From: Tricharina praecox
Lineage: Eukaryota
Length of the DNA stretch: 64,000 nucleotides
Direction of reading: 5' to 3'
Assembly: GCF_024521635.1 (NCBI RefSeq)
Contig: NW_026250438.1
Coordinates: 62,001 to 126,000 of the forward strand
Shown: positions 24,171-37,278 of the stretch, piece after piece
Layout of the letters: every line of letters starts with the position of its first letter
Numbering within the stretch: position 1 is the first letter of the stretch
The notes under the pieces: generated by a model
Told to the model about the DNA's origin: nothing
Database searches by the model: none
What the model saw: only the letters and a program-made list of their open reading frames with translations
Translations under genes and position numbers: made by a program

Positions 24171-25114
24171 AACCGTCCGTCCAGCCGTGGAAAGTTTCTA
24201 GAAGCGGCAAGTCCAGTCCACCCCTAACCCAGTCCTTCCCCCTCGCCCGCCAACATCGCAAATTTTGTCTGCTTGTGGACCTGTTGCCTTCCACATATGC
24301 CATCCGCACGCGCAGACATGCTCGTTGGGGACGGGCGATCCGTCGCTAATCCGCAATCGAGCATCCGCATCCGCGGAGAATCCGATTGGTCCCCCCCTCC
24401 CCCAAAAGCCATCCTGTAGAGTAGGTACATACCGTATCGTAGAGCTGGGTTCTCTTTCCCGAGAAGAAGAAAAAGGCGAGCGCGAGGAAGACACCCCACA
24501 CCCCAACACACTTCACACATCTGTCTTCCCTTGCCTTCCACTTCCATTTCCCACTTCCACAGCTTCCACAGCATCCGCGTCTGCGGGCGTCCGGTCACGT
24601 GCACTCTGCCGCAGGCCGCAGACCGTCACTCGCCCCGCCCCGCACAGCGGTCGCGGGATTATTGTCCGCCGCCTGCTAGTACGGGTAGACTGATCTAAAA
24701 TCATCGATAAGTACAGGTCTCCGGATCTGACAGTGGCAATTGCACTTATTATTACGCGGCTACTAGTTACTCTGCCTAGCAGCCTAGCACATGTTAGCAG
24801 TTTGCACGCGCAGGCACCTTCGTCACTCGTCACTCGTCACTCATCACTCGTGGCCTTAACCCAAACTCAAACTCAAATCCATGCCTACGTACCTCATACG
24901 CAGTTAACGCGACTGACAGCCGCGTCGGCACTGCGCACTGGGGAGTAGTTAAACGATTAAACTCAAGATAAAGACGCCAGGAGCTTCTGCTAGTTAGCCG
25001 GGTTAAGGCCGTGTACTGTAGACAGGGCGGGATGGTATGTTTATAGGGGTGTAATGGGTGTAATGAGATCTGGCCGCTGCAGTGGGGGAGCTTGGGTGCC
25101 TATTATGATAGGTA

Positions 25115-25206
25115 GTGGTGAGGGCGGTGATGGTGAGGGTGGTGATGGTGAGGGCGGTGATGGTGATGATGGTGATGGCGGTGAGGACGGTGATGGCGAT
25201 GGTGGT
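25115..25206. repeat. Low-complexity GGTGAT/GGTGAG repeat
   Basis: Repeated GGTGATGGTGAGGGC-type units. Confidence 0.75.
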
Positions 25207-26034
25207 CATTGCAAGGTGTGAATTCGCATGTGCCGCTGCTACTGCATTGACTATTGAAGCACTGGGGACGGACGAGATGACCCTCTGGAAACTTTGATAA
25301 GAGATAGAAGACCGATTATATTTGCCTAGGTAGAGAAAAACGACACCGCAAGAAAAGCGCCGCTGCACCTGTGTTCTTCAGGTGCTGAACCCCAAGAACC
25401 TCGCGAGTTGAATAGCGTAGGTATATAGCTAGGACGAACAACGATGAAAAGCAATGAAACAACGGCTGATGAGAAAAACACCTTCTTAGCAATCGGTCTC
25501 TCGCGCGGGTCTGCCAGTTCCGGCCTCCGGGTCGAAACCAATGCGCCAGCCAAGGCGTCGTTTCCGCTGCCGCTGTCGCTGGGTCCCACACTATACCTAT
25601 CATATATGCGAGTGGTCGAAACGAAACAGCATCACTCGGGTAATCACTCGCTTGACGGAAGTTGACAGACAGAACGCGATCTGATTACTGCTCTCCCCTC
25701 CACAACAAGCAAGAGAAGAAAAACAAGCATCATAGAGCCGAACAAACAAACAATTGACTACACCATGGTAGCAACAAAAGAAAAAGAAAAGAAAAGAACA
25801 AGGTATTTTATTCCCGCCGCATTAACAACCGTATCGATACCCGCACCAGCCGTGATCTATCCCTCGCACCACTCCAGCAGCCCAGCCCAGCCAGCCGGCC
25901 GGCATAAAACCAATAGAAAACAGAAGCCAGCTGAGCAAGAACTGGAGACGGAGGGACTGAGATCTCGACCCATGGAAAAGGAAAAGGAAAAACTTTTGGT
26001 AACGTGCAGGGAAGGAAGAGCGGTTTTGACTCGT

Positions 26035-26552
26035 TTAGAGGGCTCCAAGGACACCGGCCATGATGACGATGGCTCCGGCGGCAGCTCCCAGGGGAGAGAG
26101 GGCAGCAGCGGCACCAGTGGCGACAGGGGGCGTACCGGTCGAGGTCAGGTTGGTAGCGTTGGTGGCAATCGGGCCGAGGAACGTGTTGGTGCCGTTAGCG
26201 ACGGAGGTCGACATGCTCGCCGGAGCGGTGCCCGTGTAGTAGACGGTAGTCTCTGGCGGTGACATGGCATTGTTAGCACATGGCAGTCTTGCTAGTTAGC
26301 AGTGGATAGGAGAGTAAAGAGCTTACCCGGAACCTTGGTCTTGAGGGTGACGGTCGTCGGGACATAGGTGGTCGACTCGGTGGCGGAGCTGTTGATCCAG
26401 ATCGGGCTGTCGTTAGAAGGACATGTTCGGCAAGCATAGTGACAGAAGGGCACCAAAGAAGGATGGGAGAAGACTCACCCAACCTGACGAACATCGACGA
26501 CAGCGGCAGCGAGGGAGGCAAGAGCCATAACGACAAAGGTGGTGAACTGCAT
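26035..26552 (-). CDS. Small Ser/Thr-rich, probably GPI-anchored cell wall protein (3 exons)
   Basis: Signal peptide MQFTTFVVMALASLAAA; T/S-rich body; C-terminal PVATGAAAALSPLGAAAGAIVIMAGVLGAL* is a GPI-type signal; GT-AG introns with CTAAC. Confidence 0.8.
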
Positions 26553-27315
26553 CTTGAAGGGCTTGGTGTTGTTTGCGAAGTTCGTGGAGAGTCTAGAAGA
26601 GTCGTTGAGGGGGAGAGTATAGAACAGGAGATGGAGGAGGTAACGAGAGTGGTTGAGTGGGTTGGGAGGAAGGGAGGGAGGAAAGGAGGGAGGAAGGAGG
26701 GGTTCTTAAGGCGAGGGATGGAGTGAGACGAGGGGGCTAGCTTGGTACAATGCCCTGCGGCGTGATGGTTGGGGGAGGGAGTTTTCTTGCTTTGGAGGCA
26801 GGGCTGTAATGTTTGACGTACCTAAAAGACAAACAAACGCGGCGGCCAGCCGAGCAATATGCATAAAGCTACTAACGGATAGAGTGGAATCCCAGACAGC
26901 CTCTACACGGTCCACCAACCTTATTCGACTCTCCAGCAAGTTCGAGATGCAGCTGCCACATCATCCCTTGTGCATCTGTACTTTTCGTTGTGGGCGTTAC
27001 TGAGTGACATCGCGTGCATGACGTCTTCGAAGTACGTTGCAGATCTAGAAGACTGGGTATATGAAGTACTACATTTTATCTCTCCGGCCATCAACTCATT
27101 ACTCATCATCTCTCGTACACGCCATGCAGACATGATCATTATCCACCGTAAACCTTCATCCAAAATCACCATCATCTCCCCAGGCAAAAATGACGCAAAC
27201 AAACTTCAGGGTCCAAAACAACACGACATCCACCCCCAAACGACGAAGGAAAAAGGGAAACACAGGAGATAATCCTCTCCGAAACCACCCGCAATTCCTA
27301 GCCTTTCAAACACCT

Positions 27316-29202
27316 CTACCACGTCTTCTTCCACCATCCAGACGCAGAAGTGGTTTCTTCTCCCGCAAAGTCGAGCAGTACAGGTTCGGCATCGGCGTCG
27401 ACATCGGGTAAGAGCTGAGCTTCTACACTTGCTTCGGCGGAGGGTATAGACGCATCGATATCAACGTTATCGCCAGCCAATTTTTGGTCGTCCTTGTGAG
27501 CTGCATCGATACATGAGGCTTTGTCTTGAGTTGAAGATTCACATTCGGTAGTTTCCGTGGTTGATGCCTTGACGCACTCGGCGGTGGACGTTGCCGTCGT
27601 ATCGCTGTCGAGGGTTTCTTCACCAGTGAGCGGATTCTCAGACTGTCCTTCCTCGCCGCAGATAGGGAGTGTTTCGGCAGCGGGGTCGGCAGCGAGGTCG
27701 GACGTCTCAGCGATCTCCACTCCGTCCACTGCTGCTCCCAACTCGTCGACGCCGCCTAGAACCTCGACCAATCCGGTATCCTCGTTGACGATGACCTGCG
27801 GAACACCATCGCCCCCCGCCGAATAGGTGACCTGGTTCTGGATGCCCGTTTCCTTGGTCCACGTCTGCTTTCCACTCAGGGTCCAAAATAGTCCCATTGA
27901 TGAGGCAAGCAAAAGCATCACTCCGCCAGCAACCATCGAGAGCCTCTTGACGTCGTTCTGCTGCGGCGGCGTATACAGTCCGGCGTTGCTCTGTCGTTTC
28001 CTCCCCTGACCATCTATGCGTCCCGTTTTTCCACGGGCAAGACCCCTCATCAACTCACCCGCCTTCACGGTCGAGTTCGCATCCGACGACGAGAACAGTT
28101 TCTTCCACATGCTCGAGGAAGCGGCCACGCCGTTAGCGCGCCAGTTCCTCGGGCCGACTTCGACGTCGACACGCTCCATCTCGCCCCAGACGCGCTTCCA
28201 CGCCCCGGGGGTCATCAGCCCGTTCGCAGCATACACCCGGAGCTCCCACTTGCTCTTTGCCTTGACGCGCCGCACGCCGAGAGACTTCGCCCACTCGTCT
28301 TCCTCCTCCTCCTCGTCGTCGTCCCCCTCCATACCCGCGATGGCGGCGTCGTCAAGTCCGAGCGAGTCGATGATGAGCTCCTCGAGAAGCTGGTAGTCGC
28401 CACGAGGGTGCTCAACCAGTAACCCCCGCTCCAACATCGTCGGCGTGATCTTGTTCAGAATCGCCTCCTCGGCACCGGGCAGGAACAGCAGTGTGACGTG
28501 CAGCAGCACGAGCGGCGCCTTCTGCCCGTCCTTCCCCGCCTCATTGTAACTAGCCGACGACGCGCGCGACGAGTAGAAATGCGTCGACCTCCGCCGTCCG
28601 GCAGTCTGCGCGGTGCCGCTGGGGATTATCGGGTGGAGAAGCTGCTGTTGCTGCTGCCCTTTACTCACCGGCCGCGATGACTTGGAGAACATCTTTCCGC
28701 CGCCGGGCGCCGAGGGGGTGGCCGACTTCTTAGTCGAGGTATTACTCTGCGTTCTGCTGTGCGAGTGCAGTTTCGGCGCGGAAGGGCCAGCAACGGGGGG
28801 ACCATCGGACTCCCACTGCGATTCGGGATCATCGACAGGCGTGTCGTGCTGGTGTCGGAACGCGAAGTCATCCTCGTCCTCGTCGGAGTACATCGATGTG
28901 GCATGATGCGCGCCCGCATATTCCTTCGAAGCGGCGGCGGCAAACGCGGCTTGTTTTTCGGCCGCGGCCGCGGCGTCGATGCTCGTCGGTGGGGAGGACG
29001 GCGCAGTAGACCCCGTTGTGTGGTGGATGTGCTCGCGCCCCCCCTCCCCCTCCTCGTAGTCGTCTTCGACGGTCGCGACGTGCGCGTTCAGCGACGAGGA
29101 CATGTCGGTCAGGTCCTCGTCGGAGTACATCGGTGAGCGCGGCGGGCTTAGTGGGTCGCGTTCGGTGGATTCTCGTCGTTTGTGGGAGGCTGAGGAGGAC
29201 AT
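27316..29202 (-). CDS. Conserved fungal hypothetical membrane protein, 628 aa (core resembles proteins often auto-annotated 'pathway-specific nitrogen regulator')
   Basis: Long ORF with core PLVLLHVTLL...ERGLLVEHPRGDYQLLEE...WELRVYAANGLMTPGAW...EMERVDVEV, one TM (MVAGGVMLLLASSMGLFW) and disordered acidic ends. Confidence 0.8.
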   Translation of the reverse strand: MSSSASHKRRESTERDPLSPPRSPMYSDEDLTDMSSSLNAHVATVEDDYEEGEGGREHIHHTTGSTAPSSPPTSIDAAAAAEKQAAFAAAASKEYAGAHHATSMYSDEDEDDFAFRHQHDTPVDDPESQWESDGPPVAGPSAPKLHSHSRTQSNTSTKKSATPSAPGGGKMFSKSSRPVSKGQQQQQLLHPIIPSGTAQTAGRRRSTHFYSSRASSASYNEAGKDGQKAPLVLLHVTLLFLPGAEEAILNKITPTMLERGLLVEHPRGDYQLLEELIIDSLGLDDAAIAGMEGDDDEEEEEDEWAKSLGVRRVKAKSKWELRVYAANGLMTPGAWKRVWGEMERVDVEVGPRNWRANGVAASSSMWKKLFSSSDANSTVKAGELMRGLARGKTGRIDGQGRKRQSNAGLYTPPQQNDVKRLSMVAGGVMLLLASSMGLFWTLSGKQTWTKETGIQNQVTYSAGGDGVPQVIVNEDTGLVEVLGGVDELGAAVDGVEIAETSDLAADPAAETLPICGEEGQSENPLTGEETLDSDTTATSTAECVKASTTETTECESSTQDKASCIDAAHKDDQKLAGDNVDIDASIPSAEASVEAQLLPDVDADAEPVLLDFAGEETTSASGWWKKTW

Positions 29203-30316
29203 GGTCTGACGGCAGTAGGACGTTAGATGCGATCAAACGGTCGCGGAGAGAACACCTTGTTCACTCCATCGGTATCAGGGTGACTGACCTGAGCGCGGGA
29301 CGGATTGTTTATCGTTTCGAGATGACGGAAAAGATGCTTTCGATAGTTGGTTGCTCTAGCGACCGTGTCTCATGTAGTGCACGGTTCTCTGTGGGGCCGA
29401 TTGATCGATTGTCTGCGTGATGGGCTCGGACGGGACGGGGTGGGGAGGGATGGGAAGGGTCGTGAACTTCGTCAACCCTGGACGAAAAGGGAGCGGTCCT
29501 GCAGGTTAAGTGTTGTTTTGATTCCTCACTACGTGGCACGCGTTGCCCAGCAACAGGCAACCACCAACCCTGCTAACCGCCCAACCAGCCTATCACGCGT
29601 TTTGTTTTGAGGAGTCTATACTTGTTGTCAAGACTCAACATGTTTCCGAAACGAAGCGACGCGGGGGGGTGGCCAATGGGAATATGCGGTGGCAGATGGT
29701 GATGCGATGGTGAGTTCTACGGGCGCCTACGTCTCCAGCCACCGTAACGCTAAGCTGTGACATCTACACTGCGCGGCGGTGCGATGTTCCACGATGCCGC
29801 ACCGTTTTCTCACTCTATTCGATGTGACACGGCTTCGGTGCATCTCGAGTGATGCGTGATGGGTAGCTGCAGAGTAATGGAATCAAGCTCAATAGCGCTT
29901 TTCACCTGCTGAGTCGGTGGAGAGGCACTTGGACCATGGGCGGAAGTCAGGCAGTGCAGGTACACACTACCGTAGTAAGAGTTACTACTGGGCAGTAGTG
30001 GATCAGAGCGTTCACTGAAATACTCGGCTAGGTAAGGGGCAAGTTCGTAGCGAAGCCGAGGGGATTCGCGGTGGTCCAGGACACTGATGCCGGCGTCTTC
30101 GCTGTTGATAGTGTCTAACGTATCGTTATGTGCATCCTTCATCACGTGATATACGCGCCAAGATCCTAGAGCTCCCCCCCAGCTCCAGCTTCCCCTCACC
30201 TCACCCACGCCCTTTGTACCTGTTTTGTGCACCTCATTGCGTCGTTCATCTCTACTACACAGCCTCGCCTACCTTACAGACACGACGCTTAACCCACTCC
30301 TTCCCTCATCGCCACC

Positions 30317-31552
30317 ATGTCTGAACCTCTTCAGAACATAGAGACAGAAACGCTATACATGCAGCCCGAGCAGGCGAACATGGACCTGATCGCGGACGGG
30401 CTGTACCTAGGCAAGTAAGTATTCTCGTCCATTCCCTACCCCACCGCGTGTCAGCTTCCCCCTCTTACACGCTATAGTCTGCACGCCGCCAACGGCGCGG
30501 GCTGGCTCGTCTCTCAAGGGATCACGCACGTACTCTCGCTCACGTCGGAAGCGGTGCAGATCCCGGCGTGGACGGGAATCGTGCACAAGCAGTACCGCGT
30601 GCGCGACAACCGGCGACAGAACCTGCTCGTGCAGGTGCTCGACGGCGTCCAGTTCATCGAGGATGCGTTCACGGGGGTGTTGCCGACACATGCGGTGGGG
30701 AATCCGGCGGAGCCGGACAAGCGCATGGGACTGGCAGAGCGCGAGGTCAAGGTCTTTGTTCACTGTCGCATGGGCATCTCCAGGAGCGGGTCGATCATTG
30801 TGGCGTATAGTATGTTGAGCCTCTTGGAGAGGAGGGGGCTGGGACGATGGGTGGAGAGGAGCGCTGACAAGTATACAGTCATGAAGCATCACGGAAAGAC
30901 GTTCGGTAATGCCCTCGACTTTGTTCGCAACAGACGCAGGATGGTCCACCCAAACCAGGCGTTCGTCGCGCAGCTCATGCTCCTGGAATCCACCGGTTTT
31001 GATATTTCGCACCTTGGCGAGGACTTGTTGAATCCCAACATCGAGAACCCCTACGATCCCAACGAGTTCGAAGAGCGCCCTAGGAGGAGACGCTCTAAGG
31101 AAAATGAAGCTGCCAAGCTGATAAAGACCACAATGGTTTCTAAGAAGGAGGAACAGTATATCCCAGTAGCTTTCGCGAGCGGAGAGGATCATGAAACCTT
31201 CAAGGGCTGTGTCGAAGAAGTCGAGCCGCTCATTCAAGCTGGCGAGGAGCGGTGGAAGAAGGTTTTTGAGATCGCGCGGGGACTTGAGGCTGCTGTCACT
31301 GCCCAATTGAATATGTATGGCCCAGAGTACAACAGAAAGCTCACCGACTCCACTAATACTATCACCGCTGTCAGAGACCGGAAAGTGAAACAGAGGGATC
31401 ATGAGGCTGCCAAGGTCGTCGCCCCCGCTCCAGAAGCCGCCTCGTCTGCATTGGCTATACCGACAGACGACACGGATATGAATGACGCTCCTCCGCTTGT
31501 TCCGGAACAGAACCCGTCAAGAGCGCGCCCGCATGGTGATACCCACAACTAA
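30317..31552 (+). CDS. Dual-specificity protein phosphatase (2 introns)
   Basis: MDLIADGLYLG, GITHVLSL, catalytic VFVHCRMGISRSGSIIVAY, ALDFVRNRRRMVHPNQAFVAQL. Confidence 0.9.
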
Positions 31553-32667
31553 TGAACGGCATGAATGGCGTCTGGTATGGCATTTGGTTTCTTATCGGAG
31601 TACTTTTACCTTGTCTCTTGTGAATTTTCTTTCGGGGGAGAACGAGATCGTGCCGCTTTCTCTGCTTTCTGGGTCTTCTTACTTGTTTTCCGATTTTTCC
31701 TTATCTGCTTTCCTCCTTGCGACACATATCATCTGAGGTTCGACCTTGTAGCTATATCCTATACATCAGCACAGCGTTTTTTGAGGAAAGATTGTGTGAG
31801 CTTAAAAGCACTAGGTAGTTCCGCGAACTCATCTTTCTCGCGATATCACTGCAGGTACTTGGCGTCTTCCGATTGCTAACACGCGAAGTTCCAGGCCTTT
31901 CATTCTACGACTTCGTCTGACGGGATCTCCGTAAATGAGGTAGGCTCTCCGGACGCCAGAACCGTCTTTCCACGAGCCAACCTGGCATCTCGAGTCTTGG
32001 GACGATTAGCGGCGGCTCTCCGGGGAGGGGGGTATCCATCCGACTGGATTGGTAACCCCGTAGGGGATGTTGAAATCAGAGGGCGGGGCAGGCGAACGGA
32101 CACTTAGTACTGTAATGATGTGCGATCGCGTCTCGGGTATGCCTGCTCATCAATCAAAGACTCTTATTTTGCATAAACTTGCAGTTCAGCGGCCGCCATC
32201 AATACCCAGCTGCCGGAACCGAGCCCGACGGACCTTACATTACATGCGCATGAATGCCTACATACAACCGCTCATGGGGGACAGACGGCTGTTGGTGTTA
32301 CGTATTGACAGTTACACTTGGCTGCTGCTGGGAATCTGGGGTATTCTACGCGGTCGATCCGTGGCTGTTTAGCCAGAATGACGCCTAAACTCCCCGGCCC
32401 GGGACGGCCTCGGTGGAGGACGCTGGACGGTGACGCTGTCGATGTACCTACATTGATGTTTAATTTGACGGACGGGAGGAGACACTCTATCTCCGCCACG
32501 AGGACGGAAACCGCGGGCCTACTCTACTGGAAACCGCTGGTGATGAGAGCTTTGGTGGTATTTAACACCTCGGCATTGCCTCTGTTTTTCCTCTGATTCC
32601 CTACTCACCAGCCCAGCCAGCACAGCCAGCACAAGCAAACCCATACATACACTCCTTTCAATACATC

Positions 32668-33472
32668 ATGCAATTCTCCCTCTTCCTCCTCGCCGCCTGC
32701 ACGGCCCTGCTGCAGCCCGTAGCCGCGCACTACCGCTTCACCAGCCTCATCGTCGGCAGCACTGTCACCAGCGAATACCAATACGTCCGGCAGAACAGCA
32801 ACCACAACTCTCCCGTCTCCACCACCTCCACCGACGTGCGCTGCAACGTCGGCGGCGGCTCCGGCGCGAGCACGCAGACCGCCACCGTAGCCGCGGGGTC
32901 CACCGTTGGCTTCAAGATGGACCAATCCAGTACTCCCCCCACCCCCCACCCCCCACCCCCACTCGCACCTGCACCCGCACTGACCAGTCACAGTCTACCA
33001 CGCGGGCCCCATCGTAGCGTACATCTCGAAAGCGCCCAGTACCGCCGCATCCTACGACGGCTCCGGCAGCTGGGCTAAGCTGTACGAGATCGCGCCCACG
33101 ATCTCTTCCTCTGGCGTGGTATGGAACACTGAGGGGAAAGACACGTTCTCGTGGACGCTGCCTGCCTCGCTCGCTGCAGGCGAGTATCTCCTGCGCATCG
33201 AGCAGGTTGCGCTGCACTCCATGCCCGCCCAGCATTATGTCTCGTGCGCGCAGATTAAGGTCACCGGTGGTGGCAGTGCCGTCCCCACCGGGATTAGTCT
33301 CCCCGCCGGGTATAATGCTGCGAGCTCCAGCTTTGCGGTTAATATTTATTATCCCGTGTTGACGAGTTATACTATGCGTGAGTTGATCCCCCCTCCCGTA
33401 ACGAGGCGTGCGTGAGCGTGGGACGTGGGACTGATGGCGAGTGTAGCTGGAGGCGCGGTTTGGAGGGGTTAG
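32668..33472 (+). CDS. AA9 (GH61) lytic polysaccharide monooxygenase (2 introns)
   Basis: Signal peptide then mature His1 (HYRF); DVRCN, YHAGP, GEYLLRIEQVALH, AQHYVSCAQIKV; ends PGGAVWRG*. Confidence 0.93.
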
Positions 33473-33736
33473 GTGGATGGGGACGCAGACGGAGACGGAG
33501 ACGGTGTGGAGGAGGGGTGGCGGTATCAACACTCGTTAGGATTAGGTTTTCGTTCCAGTGGGGATATCAACTTCGTGTTACGATATGAATACCAATTATA
33601 CGTTCTCGTATTTGACTAGGTACCTGGTGGAAAAATATCTCCAGCTTTCATCATCCACATGTGACTACTGACTACTGACCACTGACCGCTGACCACACAG
33701 CACGATCCAGTACCGTGCATATGTAACCTATGTAAC

Positions 33737-33970
33737 CTAGGTACCCAGTACCACCATCCCCATGCCCATAGTCAAAATCCCCATCACCAGCACCAGCGGC
33801 ACCCCCGCCATCCCCCCCGCCGCCCCGCTCGTCTGTGTCTGTGTCACAGTCTGTGCCGTCGACGTTTCCATCGCCGCCGCGGGCTCCATGTCGCGTACTT
33901 TATCGGTGGTTATAAATGCGGCGCTGCTGAGGGCTGCGAAGATTGGGAGGAGGAGGGGGGAGAGGTGCAT
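33737..33970 (-). CDS. Very small secreted, probably GPI-anchored protein (77 aa)
   Basis: Signal peptide MHLSPLLLPIFAALSSA; T-rich middle; SGAAGG then a hydrophobic C-terminus; AAAATG start context. Confidence 0.6.
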   Translation of the reverse strand: MHLSPLLLPIFAALSSAAFITTDKVRDMEPAAAMETSTAQTVTQTQTSGAAGGMAGVPLVLVMGILTMGMGMVVLGT

Positions 33971-34331
33971 TTTGGTAAGTGGGGTGGTGCGAGTGATTGA
34001 GTGTGGGATGGAGGGCTGGCCGGCAGCTGTGGGTTTACTTAGTCTGACACCAGAGGCGGAGGGGGTCTAATATATGATGGGCTTCCAGAAGGACGGCATG
34101 CTGGATTCATGGAATGTCAAGGTATGTATGAGGAAGGTTTGATGCATGTCCGATCTATGTACTGGTACCGTTCCGTCTTGCGGCGGGTGACATTTCGAGA
34201 AGAGTGTCGGATGTATCTACAAGGAATTGTTTCGGATGTGACTCCAAAGCTCAAACGGCTCGGACCTGTTTCGTCTAGAGTAGATAGCGGAATAATGCTT
34301 AACTCTGCTATGTACCTGATATGTACAGTAT

Positions 34332-35539
34332 CTACAGAACAGGAAACTGGCCCCCCTCCCTCTGTTCGGGCACCTGCGTAACCAGCGTCCCCTTCTCAAG
34401 CGCACTCCTGACCTGCCACCAATATCTGTCAGCGTCGTATCACTCCCCCCCCCCTCCCCCTTCCACCACGGCGTCACTCACATTGCTCACAACCAAGCAC
34501 TCCATCTTCCTCTGCGTCTCTACCGTCGCAGTGCCTATATGCGGGAGGAGAACGACATTAGCATTCCCGATCAGGGCAGGATGAATCTCCGGTTCGTTCT
34601 CGAACACGTCCAACCCGGCGCTGCCGACCTGGCCGCTCTCGAGCGCCTGCACCAGCGCTTCCTCGTCGATTATCGCCCCCCGTGCTGTATTGACGATTAC
34701 TACGCCGCGCTTCATCAACGAGAATTGCGCGTGCGTGATGAAGTGCTTGGTGGTGGTGGAGAGGGGGAGGTGGATCGAGATCTGTCGTGTGGTTAGCGGA
34801 CGGGGTGAAGGGGGAGGGGGGAGGGGGGAGGGAAGGTGGGAGGGGTAGTACGATATCGCACAACCCCCAGAACTCGTCGAGACTGGCGATATACTCCGCG
34901 CCGTTATCCTCCCTTGCGGGCCGGCGATTATGGTACACAACCCTCATCTCGAACCCCTTTGCGCGGCGAGCGACCGCGCTGCCAATACCACCCATGCCGA
35001 GTATACCAAGCGTCTTCCCCTCCGGATCCCGTCCAAGCTGCATCTCCCCCTTCCACCGTCCCATGCGCAGCGCGCTCTCTGGGATCCAGGAGCGCCTCAA
35101 CGCCCCGAGCAGCAGCATCATGGCGACGTTTGCTGTCGCGGCATCAACGGCGGCCGGAGTGTGCGAGACTGCAATCCCGCGCGCCGAGCACGCCGCAACA
35201 TCGATCTGGTCGTAGCCCGCGCCGTTATGGCAGATGAATTTTACGGACGGAGGGAGCACGGAGATCAGTTCGCGGGAGAACGGCCCCGTCAGTGACACAC
35301 CCGAGTCGAAGGTTCGGTAGATCGCTACCACGTTGGAGTACGCGCCCGCTAAGAGTGCGGCGTGGAAGGTGGTGAGGGTGCCGCTGGAAAATTCCTAGGG
35401 AGTGGCTGGTGTCAGTACGAGCGGACAGCGGGTAGAATGTGAGCGGCGGCACCTGGAGCTCCGCAATGTCGCTCAAAGCCTCCCATTCGGGGCGGGCGTG
35501 GTCGATGCGGCCGAGGAGGAGTGCGGCGGGTCGGGTCAT
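34332..35539 (-). CDS. D-isomer-specific 2-hydroxyacid dehydrogenase (glyoxylate reductase-like; 3 introns)
   Basis: HNGAGYDQID, LGILGMGGIG, YHNRR, SIHLPL, VNTARGAIIDE, GLDVFENEP, LLPHIGT; last exon VRSALEKGTLVTQVPEQ...VL*. Confidence 0.92.
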
Positions 35540-37278
35540 AGTTGGTAAAGTTTCTTGCTGGGTATTCTACTGTCTGTGATGGCGGTATGTAACTGCAGTC
35601 GTACGTACGATATCTATCCATCCATTGCGGTCGCATAACCACTTATTGCCCGCACACAATCACCCCCCAGCACTCGAGAAGCGGGGTCACCCATGACGTT
35701 GGTCATGCGAGCCGACCATTTCGGAACAAAAGCCACCGACCCCTCGGCCCGCGCCTGGAGGATATACCGGTTCCCCGGCTTTTTGATATGCAGTGCATGG
35801 AGTAGTCACGTGCGCATGGCTGGTGCATGGTGTATCACTCAGGGCGGCGCATGGAGAACATGGAAGGGAAGCCAATGGAGCGGCGAGCCCCGACTCGGGA
35901 GTGGGGGCGAGCAGCTGGCGTTAGTGGACATGGCCGTTTCCACTAGATACGGGTAGTCAGTGGCTCCAACGCCGCCTCGCAGCAAGTGCCCAGCGGCCGG
36001 CCCGGCGCTCGGTTAGTCGGGCCAGCTACGAACCGGGCTGAATTTCGGTTTGACAACCGATATATTGATTTCCCCCTCGCAAGCTACCTCACATATCAGC
36101 TGTTCCACCAGCCCCCCGCGCCTCCATCTCCAGCTCCACCTCCTAGAGTACCCAGAGTAGATGGTACCTACCTCGGCCTCCGCCATGCGCAGGCCCATCC
36201 CTGCACTATAGGTACTGCAAGGCCGTAACCAACTCCCCAATTCCCCAATTCCCCAACTCCCCATACATAAGTTACAATTTAACTTGCTCTTCCCCTTGCG
36301 CCCTGCTTTTGTTCTTTGTTTCTTTCTTTCCAAGTTTCCATATGCAGCAGTAGATACACGACCAACTTCCAAGTTCCAAGAGCGAAAACATCTATCTTGC
36401 GCAGATACATACTCTACATACATAGAGCGGAACTCGGTGGCGGGCCTGGTGCCTGGTGCCTGGTGCCTGTTTCTTGCTGGGGGCGTCGGGGGCGGGGGTC
36501 GCGGCCGGATGCGGTTCATATTATTGGCCAGTCCCGCCCCCACAGGGCCACAGGGACAGGGCCCACACCCGAGTGCATAGCGTGGCACTTGGAGAGCGAG
36601 GGCGGACGCTGTACGGACGACGGGGTAAACAGATGGAAACAGATGGAAACAGAAACAGAAACATGTGCGGTCGCCATGATACCTACTATCATAGGTACCC
36701 AGGTATGAAGTAGGTAATTGTTGCATTCGGATCTCAATTCTCGACATCACGGTGCGTGTCGTGACACCTATAGGTAGGAAGTATCATAGGTACCGCTCTA
36801 CACTGTTCGAGTATCTATAGAAGGTAGTTACAGCCGGACAGACAGACAGACAGACAGGAGAAACAAACAAACAAAAGAAAAAGATCCGCTTTGGGGTCAC
36901 ATGTATCTGGATCTGACCAGCTCTTTCACTCGAAAAGAAAAAGAAAAGAAAAGAAAAAGTCGTAAAAATCTGCCCCATCTTCAATCGCTCCCAAAAAGGC
37001 TCCGCATAAAATATCCCCAAGCAAGCAAGCAAAAAACCCAATTCGTTTCCGATCTCATAGTTATGCCAGAAGTATTTCTGGCCGAAAATCAAGACATTAA
37101 TCTCCACATACATAAAAGTTACCAACAAAACAAGCAGCGGCACAGCCACTACCACCACTACCACCACCACACCGTGAATGAAAAGTGAAGAAGAAAGAAA
37201 AAGAAAGAAAGTATTGAACAACGCTTGTTGTGGTGGTAGGTGTAGTACCCAGTGGATCAGGTATTCGTGAATCTTCCC

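Noticed and set aside
31740..32103. Protein-like minus-strand frame with several stops (possible RIP pseudogene)
   Set aside because: Stop density is about what random sequence gives, and there is no recognisable domain.
34440..34480. Apparent premature stop (EGGGGGE*) in the dehydrogenase
   Set aside because: It lies in an intron (GTGAGT...GCTGAC...CAG); the final exon continues to 34332.
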